Part shown: piece after piece, positions 12,688 through 24,639 of the stretch
Layout of the letters: each line of letters starts with the position of its first letter
How positions within the stretch are numbered: position 1 is the first letter of the stretch
DNA from: Lama guanicoe
Taxonomy: Eukaryota
Length of the DNA: 64,000 bases
Assembly: GCA_013239625.1 (NCBI GenBank)
Contig: MU053557.1
Coordinates: 4,804,123 to 4,868,122, forward strand
Direction: 5' to 3'
Translations under genes and position numbers: made by a program
The notes under the pieces: model-generated
What the model was told of the DNA's origin: nothing
Databases searched by the model: none
The model's input: only the letters and a program-made list of their open reading frames with translations

Positions 12688-13489
12688 ACCTTAATTGAAA
12701 TAACTGTGGTTCACGCACTTAATGTCTTTGTCTGCCAGATTCATATTGTATATTGACATGTTATGGTCACTCCATTGATTACTGGCTCACCTTGTTGATG
12801 ATCAGTGGACGTACCTTGAGATCTCACAGCAGCCCAGCCCAGTGGACGCGGTGTAGGCATTCTACACCCTGCCTCAGTGTTGAAGTCTTGTCTGTTCTTC
12901 TACCTCCTTGACTTGCTTCCATCTGACATCTGTGTATTTCTTAGATCTGAATTCTTCCTCCTTCTGCCTTCCTCTCTGGCATTGCCTTACTTTCCTGTGT
13001 TTGCTTCTTGGTTCTAATTGTCTTACCTGCTTTAATCATTTCACTTGAACTGCAGGATTTCTGACCATCCTTTCAACCAGATTACTGGCATGTGGCCTTG
13101 CTCTGACCTTCCACTTCCACGTGTCCTTTCCCAACCTTTGCCTGGCCTTGTCTTTACCTCTGCTTCTCTGCCAGCTTCCACATAACCAGCCTCCTGGCTC
13201 AGTGGCCCTCTTTGGAGCCAGCCTTTCCTGTAGTTTGGCCTTGCATTTTCATCATCCGTCCAATCTTGTCTGCGTGCCCTGGCTCCATTATTTCTCATAC
13301 GCTCAGTGCTAGTCGGTAAGTATATTCTTATTCCTATCCACTCAAACTTTGTCTGTGTTCTCAAGTTCAGTGGAGGTTTTAAAACATGGGGTCAAATCTC
13401 CAAATCTGGACCAATAGAATATAGTGGAAGTAACTGCCGGTTTCTGGACCCAAACCTTCCTGTCTCTGGATACTCATTCTTGGTACCCA

Positions 13490-13772
13490 GGCATCAAGCC
13501 AAAGAGCAAGCTCAAGCCTGTGGAGTGGAACTGAAGGTCATGGCTGAGCTTCCAGCTGATGGCCAGCACCATCCTGCCAGCCATCTCAGCCATTTTGAAA
13601 GTGACCCTCGAGCTTCCAGTGGAACAGCTCCACCTGACACCACATGGAATGGAGATGAGATGGTCTCACTGAGCCCTGCCCAGGGTGCAGATTTGTTGGC
13701 AAAATAGATGACTGTTACCTTTCATCACTAAGTTTTGGGGTGGTTTGTTACACAGCAATAAATAACTGACAG
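13490..13772 (+). mobile_element. MLT1-type MaLR solo LTR fragment
   Basis: Ends in cactaagttttggggtggtttgttacacagcaataaataactgaca, the typical MLT1 3' end. Confidence 0.7.
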
Positions 13773-14779
13773 ACTTAACCAAGCTCACTCCCAGTTCTGC
13801 ACCTCAGCAGCCACCAGAATTATGCTTCCTTCCTTTTTCTTACAGCTCTTTTGAATTTGTCCTGTAAATTTGACACACATTGTCAATGTGCTGTATGAGT
13901 TGAAGAATTTTTTAATAGAAGAAAATGAAGCTCTAGAATCTAGTTACCAAGGATCCTAAAATTAAAAGCAAAATAGTATCACGAAGTTTCAAAGGTAACG
14001 TGATTTTACCCTATTTAAAAAAAAAAACTTGCAAAAATCATGTTAGCACATAAGAGAAAGTGGAACAAAGTGATCAATGAATGCTTGTTTTAAAAATAAT
14101 TTAAGGGAACCCAGTTTGGCCCTGTTAAGACTTACATGGCTGGTTGGAATCTCAGCTGTATGCCCTTTCACTCCTCTGAGTCCCTTCATTTTCTTCTCTT
14201 AGCCATAATCTGACTGGATAAACATGAATTTTTCTTACTGTATCCCGAAACTCATCCTCAATTTTATTTTCTGCTAGAGGAAATCTGTCATTGTGGGGTA
14301 AACTAGTCATAGTGAGCGGCTCTTGTTTTTTCAGAGGGTGAAAATGGGAGCTTATCCCTTCCTTTCTACCTTTTCTCCCCTCTGAGAGAAAAGCGGATGA
14401 AACCCTTCCCTTTTGTTTTTAAGTAGAAGGTAGAGATAGAAACTGTGCGTCGAGACTGCAAATACACGAGTAACAGCAGTCTGGAAAGCATCTGGCCTTG
14501 TTTCAGCATACGCACAGGGTAGCGTCTAGCCATCCTGGCTGCACAATTGGTCAGCAATTTCCAGCACTAGCAGATCCAGCCAAGCGACTTCACATTCCTT
14601 ATGTCACGTGATTATCACACCACTTAGAAAGGTAGAACAGGGAAACTGAATGAGACACAGAGAAAGCATATTACAGACCTAGGAACTCTCAGAGGTTGGA
14701 TTTGAACGGAGGTCGTCAAGGCTTCAGTTCTTTCTCTGCCATCAATATCCCGGGAGCTGGTCCCTGGTCCTGATGCTGA

Positions 14780-15062
14780 GCACCCAAAGCACGCACACCT
14801 GCGCTGGAGCAGAAGGAGCTATCCAATGAGGAACCCGCATCCAGGAGGCGGGACGGAGAAGCTGCCAATGACAGAGCCTGCCCCCTGAGAAATGCGGCTA
14901 ATGGCCTCGTGCTGGAGAGGGACGGCTGCGCGTCCAATGAGAGGCTGTGACCAACGACGCTGGAAGGAGGAACAGCCAGTGGGGCGCTGGGGCGGGGCGG
15001 GGAGCGCAGCGCCAACCCGCGAGCGCCCGAGGCCAGGCGTGCTGCCCCGATCGCCGCCCGCC
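14780..15062 (+). promoter_or_regulatory. PCYOX1L: PCYOX1L CpG-island promoter with multiple CCAAT boxes and GC boxes
   Basis: CCAAT at 14823, 14865 and 14934; GGGGCGGGGCGGGG at ~14988-15002; CpG-rich; immediately upstream of gccATGg at 15063. Confidence 0.75.
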
Positions 15063-15147
15063 ATGGCCCGCGCTGCCCGGCTCCTCGCCGCGCTGGCCGC
15101 GCTCCTCGCCGCCGCCGCTACAGGCGATGCCCGGCCCAGCAAAATCG
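15063..15147 (+). CDS. PCYOX1L: Prenylcysteine oxidase 1-like; coding exon 1 (signal peptide)
   Basis: gccATGg; encodes MARAARLLAALAALLAAAATGDARPSKI, a hydrophobic signal peptide; donor TCG|GTGCGG; 85 nt. Confidence 0.92.
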
Positions 15148-17849
15148 GTGCGGGAAGGACCGGGGTGGGGTGCTGAGCTGGGGCGGGCTTCGAGGAAAAG
15201 GTGTTGTCAGTTTGGAGCAGCTGGGTGGGGGAAGGGGAAGGCAGCTGGGCGAGGGAGGGGACCTCAGGAGAGGAGTTGGGTGGATACGAGCTGAGGCTCT
15301 GCGACTGGGCGAGGAAGGGACCGCAGTAGGCAGGGTGCTGATGGGGAAGATGTCCAGGGCTACTTGTGGCGGAAAAGAGGTTTGGGGCAGGACTGGCCAC
15401 TGATCTTACCAGAACGTCCAGGGACACTGAGCATCTGCCATGGTCCCGGCCCTTTGCCAGGTGACTTCAGGACAGAGACCCTGGCCTGTCTGGATGGTGT
15501 CATTCAGGCAGGTTTATTGAAGGTTGTCTGTGTAGCAGGCACAGTGCTCCATAGTTCCTGTCTGGAGGAGGAGAGTGCACAATACGAGGAAGTTAGTGCT
15601 AAGGCTGAGAAAACACTGTTGAATACAGAGGAGAGGCTCTTCGCCCCAGTCTTTGCCGGCTCTGGGAGGGCTTCCTAGAAGTAATATCTAAGCCAAAACC
15701 TCGTGGAGGGTAGGATACAGTCCTAGGAGGGGGAAACCCATGGCAAGCCCTCTGGGGATAGATATGCTGAATGACAAAGTGGGGAATTTTTAACAGCAGT
15801 CATTTTATTTGTTTTTTATTTCAACATTTTATTTTGAAAATTTGCAAATATACAGCAAAGTTGAATTATATAGTGATCATCTTTATACTCATCACATAGA
15901 TTCTGCTGTTAAGAAACTGCTACTGTGTTTGTTTTATCACATACCTATCACACGTTCATTAGTCCATCTTACATTTTAATGCATTTCAGAATAAACTGCA
16001 GACATCAGGACGTTTTGCTGAATACTTCATCGTGTATATCATTAACTAGCATTCCGTATTTGCTTACAGTTTTTTCTCCTTAACATCTGTCATTTTTACT
16101 CGACGTGACTCAAAGATTTTCAAGTCCCTTGTACATAAAATTCCCATAGGTAGAGATGCTGGGTTTCTGGGTGGGGGAGTAGGAGTCCCTACTCCACTAG
16201 GCTGCCCTCTGTGCACCCCAGTTGGCAGGGAGAGATGACCCATGGGAGCACCACAGACTTAATGGGGCTAGTGCAGTGCTAAGGCTTCTTGGATTACCAA
16301 ACCACAGCTCAGGTCATAAAGGGTTAAGACAGGCTGAAGCATGCCAAAAGTCAGCTTGGGACTGAACATTTAGGGTTTTCAGAGGAAAGAGAATCCAGAG
16401 AGCTAGACTGGCCGAAGAAGGCCTGTTGGAGAAGGTAGATTTGGAGCTAGGCTTTGAAGGATGGGGAAGAATTAGGCAGGCAATGTCTGGGGGTACAGGG
16501 CCTTCCCCATCTCTTGAGAAAGGGTGGGAGAGGACACTTCCCACTGATCACTGCAAAAGGGGCAGGGCCTCCTCACAGCTTTACCATTTCTGGCAGTGCA
16601 GAGCTTGCTGCCTGCCTCATTCCAGCCAGCCCTGCCCTCCTTGCCCCAAGGGTCATCAAGGCAGGATACCTGACAATGCCAAGCTGCCTTGGAGCTTTCC
16701 CGATTTTCCTCAGCCCTCTGACAAGAGCCTCTGTCTGTCCTTGGTGGTTTGGACTCCACCCACAATAGGAATGTGGAGCTTCCTGTTAAGATGGCTTAAC
16801 CCTCAGACTGCTGCATAATCAAATCTGAACACCCTGGACCCTTTAAACTCCCCTGTAGTTCCAGACATACCCTGCTTGTGCTGTTCTCTCTGCAGAGAAT
16901 GTGTTTCTGCTCATTGGCCAAGCCCACTGTCCTCCAGGGTCCTGATCATAGTTGCTTCCCCTGTGAAGCCTGGGGTCCACACCCTCAGGCAGAATTCATT
17001 GCTCCCTCCCCAGGATTCCCTAGAACCCTGTTGTTGCACTTAGTCACTTATTGTCACAGCTAATGGTGCATGAGTCTGTCCACCCATTCCTGCCTGTGCC
17101 CGGGGGGGACAGAAGCCTTCCCTGTTTGATTCATCCACATCTGGGCACATCTTACCATAGACAAGAGAGCAGGTGTCAGTTCATAGGCATTGAGGTGGTT
17201 CTCAATGAAGTGAGGTCTTCTGCTTCCCTATAGCCCTTGGGCAGCATCCAGGCCTTGTGATAGCAGTTTCTCTGGAAAAACTGGGAAATTTGAGGCTTTG
17301 TTGAAAATGGAGGAGAGGGAAGCACATTGGTTTAAAAGGTTAAAGGCACTCTTGGAAGTAGCTTTTCAGTAAACAATGAGAAGAAGGAAGTAGTTCTTTC
17401 AAGATGCAACAAATACTTAATGAGTTCTATTGCCTGCCAGGATCTGGGGACATAGTGACCTGCCTTCAATCCTTAAACAGACCGTTTGTGTATAATGTGC
17501 TGTGGACCAGGCCTGGCCAAGGAGAGTGTGCTGTGGAAATATGCAGGAGGAACATTTATCTTAGGTGGGTCAAGGCAAGCCAGCTAAAATGACCACAGAG
17601 GTCAGACAGGCAAAGGGTGACAGAGCATTCCTGACAAAGGGAGCAGCACAGGCAAAGACACAGGCCTGACACAGCAAAGTCACATGCTCCACAGCAAAAG
17701 AAATGAAGACAGGCAGGAGGTGGAGTATTGAGAGGGCGAGGCAGGGAACGGAATAAGTAAATGGAGACCAGTTAGAGGGAAGCTGTGTCTTAGATATATG
17801 ATGGGCAAAAACTGGGTAGCGTGGCCGTCCAGTTCACTAGCTTCACAGC

Positions 17850-18190
17850 TGCTTTACTGTCCTCTCAGTGCTGTTTGATGATAAGTATCTGTCTGGACAG
17901 TAGTTTCTAGCAGCACTCCAAAGCCCTGTCCAATGAAACGCTTTTCTCAGTGACTTGGATGGTAATATTGATGGTATATGAACCAAGTCTGCAAATAACA
18001 GGCAGTCAGGAGGCATAGTAAAGACAGTGGATGATAAGACCCAAAAAGACCTCAGCAAGCTGAAACGTTGTAACGAGTCCAAATCGGAAGGGAGTGCCCT
18101 ATACGGTGATGAGCAGCCCTTCACAGGGTGCATGCCAGGCTTGGCAAACACAGATGTGGAAATGACTTAAGTGTCAGGTGGTGGGTTGGA
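17850..18190 (+). mobile_element. Ancient L3/CR1 LINE reverse-transcriptase fragment
   Basis: Degenerate CR1-like RT sequence (agtgacttggatg...aagtctgcaaataaca...aaaaagacctcagcaagctg), abutting the MER58-like insertion. Confidence 0.45.
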
Positions 18191-18196
18191 CTAGAC

Positions 18197-18413
18197 CAAG
18201 GGTTGGCTGACTTCTTCAGGAAAGGGCCAGAGAGTAAATATTTTAGGCTGTACTTGCAGTCTCTGTTGCAACCATACTCAACTCTGCCTGGCATGAAAGC
18301 AGCCATAAACAACAAGCTAAAGAAAGGATGTGGCTGCATTCCGATAAAACTTTGCTAGCAGAAACAGGCATCTGCCTAGATTTGGCCCTCAGGCTGTAGC
18401 TTGCCAACCCCTG
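18197..18413. mobile_element. MER58A-like hAT-Charlie MITE
   Basis: Terminal inverted repeats caagggttggc / gccaacccctg; internal aaagggccagagagtaaatattttaggct, typical of MER58. Confidence 0.75.
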
Positions 18414-18729
18414 GATTAAAGAGTGGATTCCAAATGCTAATCTAACCTAATGTTACCCATCAGTGACCAGGTTTTCACCAATTCATAGTGAAATAAAAAT
18501 AGGGGCAATGTAATGTAATGCTATGAAACTAAATTTATTCTTTTTAAATAAGCATCCTGAATTTTGAGATTCTTTCCTGTCCCTTTGCTGCTAACATGTC
18601 TTTTTGTTTATAAAATAAGGGTTATATAGTAGGTAACTGTTTTCAGGTTGTCCTTTGCTTTTTATTCATACCTTTACTAAGAACTAGTCTGCAGATTTCC
18701 TTTTTGAGATGTTAGAAGCCTATGAAATG

Positions 18730-18871
18730 CGGAGGGTATAGCTCAGTGGTAGAGTATGTGCTTAGCATGCATGAGGTCCTGGGTTCAATCCCCAGGACCT
18801 CCACTAAAAAAAGAAAAAGATTTAACACAATATTGTAAACTGACTATACTTCAATTTAAAAAAAAGAAGAA
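18730..18871 (+). mobile_element. tRNA-Ala(AGC)-derived SINE (camelid vic-1-like) with L1-like 3' tail, copy 1
   Basis: Head at 18731-18803 with A box TAGCTCAGTGG and B box GGTTCAATCC; A-rich linker; 35-nt L1-like tail; A-rich end. Flanked by the 16-bp TSD AGAAGCCTATGAAATG. Confidence 0.88.
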
Positions 18872-18887
18872 AGAAGCCTATGAAATG

Positions 18888-19029
18888 CGGAGGGTATAGC
18901 TCAGTGGTAGAGTATGTGCTTAGCATGCATGAGGTCCTGGGTTCAATCCCCAGTACCTCCACTAAAAAAAGAAAAAGATTTAACACAATATTGTAAACTG
19001 ACTATACTTCAATTTAAAAAAAAGAAGAA
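18888..19029 (+). mobile_element. tRNA-Ala(AGC)-derived SINE with L1-like 3' tail, copy 2 (tandem duplicate)
   Basis: Identical to copy 1 except T18954 vs G18796; period 158 bp; followed by a third TSD copy at 19030-19045. Confidence 0.88.
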
Positions 19030-19149
19030 AGAAGCCTATGAAATGTAAATGCCCTGGAACTTCAGGCCCAGGAGGCTGAGAAGGTGTGACCCGTGTCTCA
19101 CACCCATGCTCTGTCTCTCTCCATGCCTGCCTCCCGGGCCTGCTGGCAG

Positions 19150-19356
19150 CTGTGGTTGGAGCCGGAATTGGAGGTTCTGCCGTGGCCCATTTCCTCCAAC
19201 AGCACTTCGGCCCCCGGGTGCAGATCGACGTGTTCGAGAAGGGGACTGTGGGCGGCCGCCTGGCAACCATCTCGGTCAACAAGCAGCACTACGAGAGTGG
19301 GGCCGCCTCCTTCCACTCCCTGAGCCTCCACATGCAGCAATTCGTCAAGCAGCTGG
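19150..19356 (+). CDS. PCYOX1L: PCYOX1L coding exon 2 (FAD-binding GxGxxG)
   Basis: Acceptor ggcag|; encodes AVVGAGIGGSAVAHFLQQHFGPRVQIDVFEKGTVGGRLAT...FVKQL; donor TGG|GTGAGT; 207 nt. Confidence 0.96.
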
Positions 19357-20811
19357 GTGAGTGCGCCATCCCGGGGCTCCAGCATCCAGCACCTAGGGCT
19401 GGAGGCAGCCATCGGACCCTTCCCAGATTACCCCGACAGTCAATCTCCTCATTTTACAGATGGAGCAGCTGAGAACAGAGTGGGGAAGGAACTTGCCTGA
19501 GGTTACACAGTGAGTTAGTTGCATAACTGGGATTAGAACTCAGATTTGACACCCCCCACCAGGCCAGTTTCTTTCCCTTTCAATTTGCGGCTTCTTAATA
19601 ATCATAATCATAATGGCTTCCACACCCTGTGTGCTGGCCAGGTACCTGGCATCCTTCTAGGTGGTACATAGGCATTACCTCTAATCCTCCCTACCTGCCT
19701 GCACATGGTTGTTGTATCTCCTCCTGGGGAAACTATGGCTCAGGAACTGTATACGCCTCTTCTAAGGCCCTGTAGTTAATAAGTGAGAGAGCTGAGACTC
19801 AACCTGGCAGCATCTGTTAAAACCGCAAATACATATGCTATTGAATGCAGAAATTCTACTTCACAGAAGTGATCCCGCAGGTGCCCTTACAGATTTGCAG
19901 AGTGGCAGACACACAAGGTTATTCATTACAGTACTATTTGTAAAGCAAAAGGTTGAAAATATCCTCCCTGCCCACTGCAATCTGAGATTAAATAAAATAT
20001 TGTTTAAGTACACAGCAGAGTGTTCAGCAGCCAGAGTGAGGAAGTCCTGTATGCCCAGGTTGAGCAAAAATCTCCAAGACACAGGTCAGTAAGGAGCAGA
20101 GCAGTGTATATAGAATGTCAGGGTGGGGGCAGGAATAACTCATAGATGTGGACACACCACGAGGGTTTGCACAAAACATCTCTGGAAGGATGCAGAAGGA
20201 ATGTACTTACTGGTTGCCTCAGGGTAGGGGAACCTTGTGCCTCAGGGCCAGGAATAGTAGGGAGAGAAATAGAAACCCATGACTTGGAGCAGGTCTTATA
20301 AACCTCGCTTTCCACATCTTTAACTGGGGGTGATAACACCTGTTCTGCCTTCCTCAGGCTGTGTGAGAGGATGATGAGAGACATGTAAGTCCCAGTGTTC
20401 CATAAGTCGTCGAGTGTGGATGGTTGCAAGGAGCTGTGATTCCTTCCATGTGGTCTTGGTGCCCAGGGCTCCCATCCCAGAGCAAGCCCTGTGGCTGTTA
20501 GCCCCTGGACATTCCAGGAGGACATCCAAATTTCCCTCACATGTAACCAAGTGGATCCCTGTTGAAAAAAAATGTAACATGGTACATTATTTTCAATTCT
20601 TTGTTGACTAACCAGGTCAGACTTCTTCCCAGTGCATGGTTTACTGTTTTTAAATAAGCATCAGAGAGGCACAAACCATAGCGTTCATATTCCTTCTAAT
20701 GGAGCCAGTCCCTGTGCATCCTTCAGGAAGTCCCCGAGTTTAAGCTTCAGGCATTGCTGGGTCCCCCAGGGGGCCCTCTGAAGGGGACCTGAGACCTCCT
20801 TATCTCCTCAG

Positions 20812-20986
20812 GGCTGCGGCACCGGCGCGAGGTGGGAGGCAGGAGTGCCATCTTCAACGGGGAGAATTTCGTGCTGGAGGAAACTGACTGGTACCTGCTG
20901 AACCTCTTCCGCCTCTGGTGGCACTATGGCATCAGCTTCCTGAGGCTGCAGATGTGGGTGGAGGAGGTCATGGAGAAGTTCATGAG
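20812..20986 (+). CDS. PCYOX1L: PCYOX1L coding exon 3
   Basis: Acceptor ctcctcag|; encodes GLRHRREVGGRSAIFNGENFVLEETDWYLLNLFRLWWHYGISFLRLQMWVEEVMEKFM(R); donor GAG|GTAGGG; 175 nt. Not in the supplied ORF track in this frame; translated by hand. Confidence 0.95.
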
Positions 20987-22739
20987 GTAGGGCTGGGCAG
21001 AGCCGTGGGGAGGGCATTCCAGAGGAAGAGAGGAAAAGAGGTGCCAAAGGAACCAACTTGACTATACACCAGTGAAAACGAAAAGGTCCTTGCCAGGTGT
21101 GAGCACCCAGCACAGTTCAGCCCAGGTTCTGGGCATGCCCTGTGTCAAGGAGGTACTTACTTGGTGCTGCAGTGGTTGGTCTCTGGTAGTGTCACATCCT
21201 CTTTCCCTCAGCTAAACTGGTAAATAAAAGCACGGGTTACAAACTCAGTTACCTATAAAGGCCCACCTGGCTTACAAATAGGTGAAGCAGTTGGGTGGAA
21301 GGGCAGGATAGGGGTTGGGGGGCCCTGGAGAGCAAGGCCCCATGTGAAGGGGCAGCCAGCTCTCTGCTCGAGCCAATTGTGGCCACGTGGAAATGCCAGC
21401 CTCACGTGGCTAGATTTTCCAGTGTGTCAGAAGAAGGTGGAAATCCAGAGTTATCTGTGAAATCTCCCAGTTTTTCAGTGTGGGCAATCAATTCCTCTTA
21501 TGAAGCAAACAGAACATATCTGTAGGCCACAAATAGCCTTTGGGCCACCATTTACAAACTCTTCTGTCCCCCAGTACCATCTAGAACAAACACCTTTATC
21601 ACCTGTCTCCTCCTTGGGTCCCAGCCCCTCCCCATCACCTCCAGATAATGAGGACAAGTGGTCTGTTGTCACCCTGTCCACCTCTCACAGTCCACTCACT
21701 CGCCAGGCTGGCATCCAGCACCCCCCTCCCAGAGTCCCTCCTGAAGGTTCTCCCTGTTTCCTGGCCCTGATGCAGAGGCTTCAGCATCAGACACTCAGAC
21801 ACTTCCTGGTTTCTGGCACTTCTCTGCTCTATCCACTCCCCTAACTGTGCTTTTCATGGCACTTCTTCCTTATATTCTCCCAGTGTCCCCCAAAGTTATG
21901 TCTTTACCCCTCTTTCTTCTTTCTTACATATTCCTCCCTTGTCAATTTTATCCAAACCTGGAGTGTCGAGTTCTCCCTTTCGTGGGAGACAACTTCTACC
22001 TATCAGCCCCAGTTTCCCCTTAAGTTTTAAACATACTAAGCAGTTTCTAACTGATCTCATGACACCTCTATCTGGGTGTCCTGTCAATAACCTAACTCAA
22101 CACATATACAAAGCAGTTCAAACAGGAGCAACATTTCAAAGGCCAGCCGTCCGAAAGTCCGTCAGCAGATGGTTCCAGGCAATGCCAGTCCCTGAGATTG
22201 GAGGAGTTGTGGGGGAATGAGACATCAGCTCATTAGGGGGTGAGTGGGAACCCTGTCGGACTGAGCCAGGGTGGAAGACAGGCTGGGCTAGCAGAAAGGG
22301 TGACAGTTTTGGCATAAGGCAGCTGCCATCAGTACAATGTGGTCCTAGAAACCAGGGCAGAGCCGAAGCTACAGAGAGGTAATGTGTCAGTGGGGGTGCC
22401 AGGCCCACTGCTCGGCAGTTCCAGCTGAGTGAGGACTACGACCTCAGGCAGGGAGTGGCTCAGAGAGGGGACATGATTATCGCTCAGCAGAGCCACGATG
22501 TGAAGCCAGGTCTAATGGGATTCCAGAGTATTTGCCCTTCCTTCTGTGCTGTTCCTTTAGGGTGGCCAGTCCCACCACAGCCAGTGAACAGGCCAAGGGT
22601 ACCATAACCAGCCTCCCCACCCCCTGACATGGAGAGGAGGGGCTGGTCCCTGCTGGGCCCCAGGTACAGTGACCCAGTAGTGGGTGGTCAGCCGAAAAGG
22701 CCTTTCTGCACAAGGGCTGTGGCTCCACGTGTCTGCCAG

Positions 22740-22951
22740 GATCTATAAGTACCAGGCCCACGGTTATGCCTTCTCGGGTGTGGAGGAACTGCTCTACTCG
22801 CTGGGGGAGTCCGCCTTCGTCAACATGACCCAGCGCTCCGTGGCCGAGTCTCTGCTCCAGGTGGGCGTCACACAGCGCTTTATCGACGACGTCGTCTCCG
22901 CTGTCCTGCGGGCCAGCTATGGCCAGTCAGCCGCCATGCCCGCCTTTGCTG
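22740..22951 (+). CDS. PCYOX1L: PCYOX1L coding exon 4
   Basis: Acceptor gccag|; encodes IYKYQAHGYAFSGVEELL...SYGQSAAMPAFA; donor CTG|GTGAGC; 212 nt. Confidence 0.96.
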
Positions 22952-23439
22952 GTGAGCCTCCAGACCTCGGCCTGCCTGTCTGCCCTCTCTCAACTCTCCC
23001 CATAATGATTTCTCATTTACTCAGCTTAGTACAGTCAACTAAACAACACTGCCCCGCTGAGCTGGCAGGAGATGGTATTCACCCCATGGTGAAAGGGAGG
23101 CTCAGATCTCAGGTCCAGTGCTGTTTGGATCAGATTCAGGAGCTGCCCCATTGAGGCCTCTGGGCCCCAGGGGATTCATCTAATAGAGGACCTCATCTTC
23201 CCAGCTCATCACTGGGGCAGATGGGCACACACATCACCCACCATCCTCCAGCACAGGGCACACATCTGCCTGAGAGAGTCATCGGGGCTTGTCTTGCCCA
23301 AAGCATGGCAACTGTTCTGGGCCTTGAAAGTTGCAGTAGGATTTTGCTGGAGTGGTGAAGGGGCAGGGAGGGGCATTCAAGGTCGAGGAACTGCACGAGC
23401 ACTCCCTGGTCTGCTTGGCTGAGTCCGTCTCCTCTCACG

Positions 23440-24487
23440 CCTCATAAGATGAATGGCTCAGCCTCAGTCCTTTGTCCTCTTCTCCCCTCAACTACTCACC
23501 CTCCCTGGTTGAGCTCAGCCAGTCTCAAGGCTTTAAATTCCTCCTACCTGATTCCCAAATATGACCTCCAGCCTAGACCTCCCTCCAGAACTGCAGGCTC
23601 CTGTGTCAGCTGCCACCCCTGTGTCTGCACTGGAAGGGCTAATGGGCATCTCAGACTCAGCAGGTCTAAACCTAAGCATCTGATCTTTCCCCCTGAGCCT
23701 GCCCCTCCCAGCATCTCCCCAGCTTGGCTCCTTTCACTTGCTCTGGCCAAAACCTTGAATCATTTCTTTCTCTCATATCCTTTATAAGATACGTCAGGAA
23801 ATCCCATCTGCTTGACTTTCCACATCTATCCAGAACCTGACTGCTTCCTACCACTGCCTCTTGTCTGGTCTCAGCCCCCAGCATCCCTCACCTGGACTAC
23901 TGCAAGTTTCCTACCAGGTCCCCCACCCGACCCCCTCAGCTCTTGTCAACACATCAGCCAGATGATCCTTTTATAATGAAAGACAGATCATGTCAGGCCT
24001 GTGTGTAAAACTGTAATGGCTCCTGCTTTCCTTCAAGTAAAACCTAAAGTCCTTCCAGTGGCCTGCAAGGCCCTCCATGGTCGAGGCCTCACCACTCACC
24101 TTTCTCAGCTGAGCCACCCTGGCCTCACTGCCGTGTCTCCAGCCTTGCAGGTGCACTCCCACATTGGGGCTTTTGTGGTGTCATCCCTCTGCCTGGAACA
24201 TCCTTCCCTGAAACATAATCATGGTAAACTCCTGCTCTCCCCTGTCTTGATGAAGATGTTGCCTTTTCATTGAAGCTGCCCTACCCCTCCAACCCCCAGC
24301 AGGCCCAGTCACCCTGCCCTGCTGGTATCATCTTCTAGCAAACTATTTAATCGACTTATTTTATCTCCTCCCACTAGAATGCTGCCTTCCCAGAGGGAGT
24401 CTCTGTCCCCTTTGTTTACTGATGTATCCCAGACACAACAGTGCCAACCATCATAGGCACTCAGCCCGTTTTTGTTGAATGAATGAA
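23440..24487 (+). mobile_element. LINE-2 3' fragment
   Basis: Pyrimidine-rich L2-like body (aaacctaaagtcctt..., ggactactgcaag) ending in ataggcactcagc...ttgttgaatgaatgaa. Confidence 0.7.
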
Positions 24488-24639
24488 AAAGCCTTGTAAT
24501 TAACAAGCACTTCCCATGTGCCCAGGATACTATTCCTCTGGCTCTTGGCACTGCTAGCTCCTTCCCACCCTACAGGTCCTGCCTGGCATCCCCTTAGCAA
24601 GACTACCCTGCTCATTCTTCCAGTATCTTGTGTGTATCC

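Noticed and set aside
14819..15427. 202-aa antisense ORF over the PCYOX1L promoter (likewise 2381-2881 over the GRPEL2 promoter)
   Set aside because: Stop-poor GC-rich CpG-island sequence; no recognisable protein family.
18731..18961. Two tRNA-Ala(AGC) genes
   Set aside because: CpG-decayed stems, A-rich tails, TSDs and no oligo-T Pol III terminator directly after the head indicate retroposed SINE copies, not functional tRNA genes.
18714..19045. CRISPR-like repeat-spacer array
   Set aside because: Eukaryotic DNA; the 'spacers' are near-identical SINE copies and the 'repeats' are TSDs.
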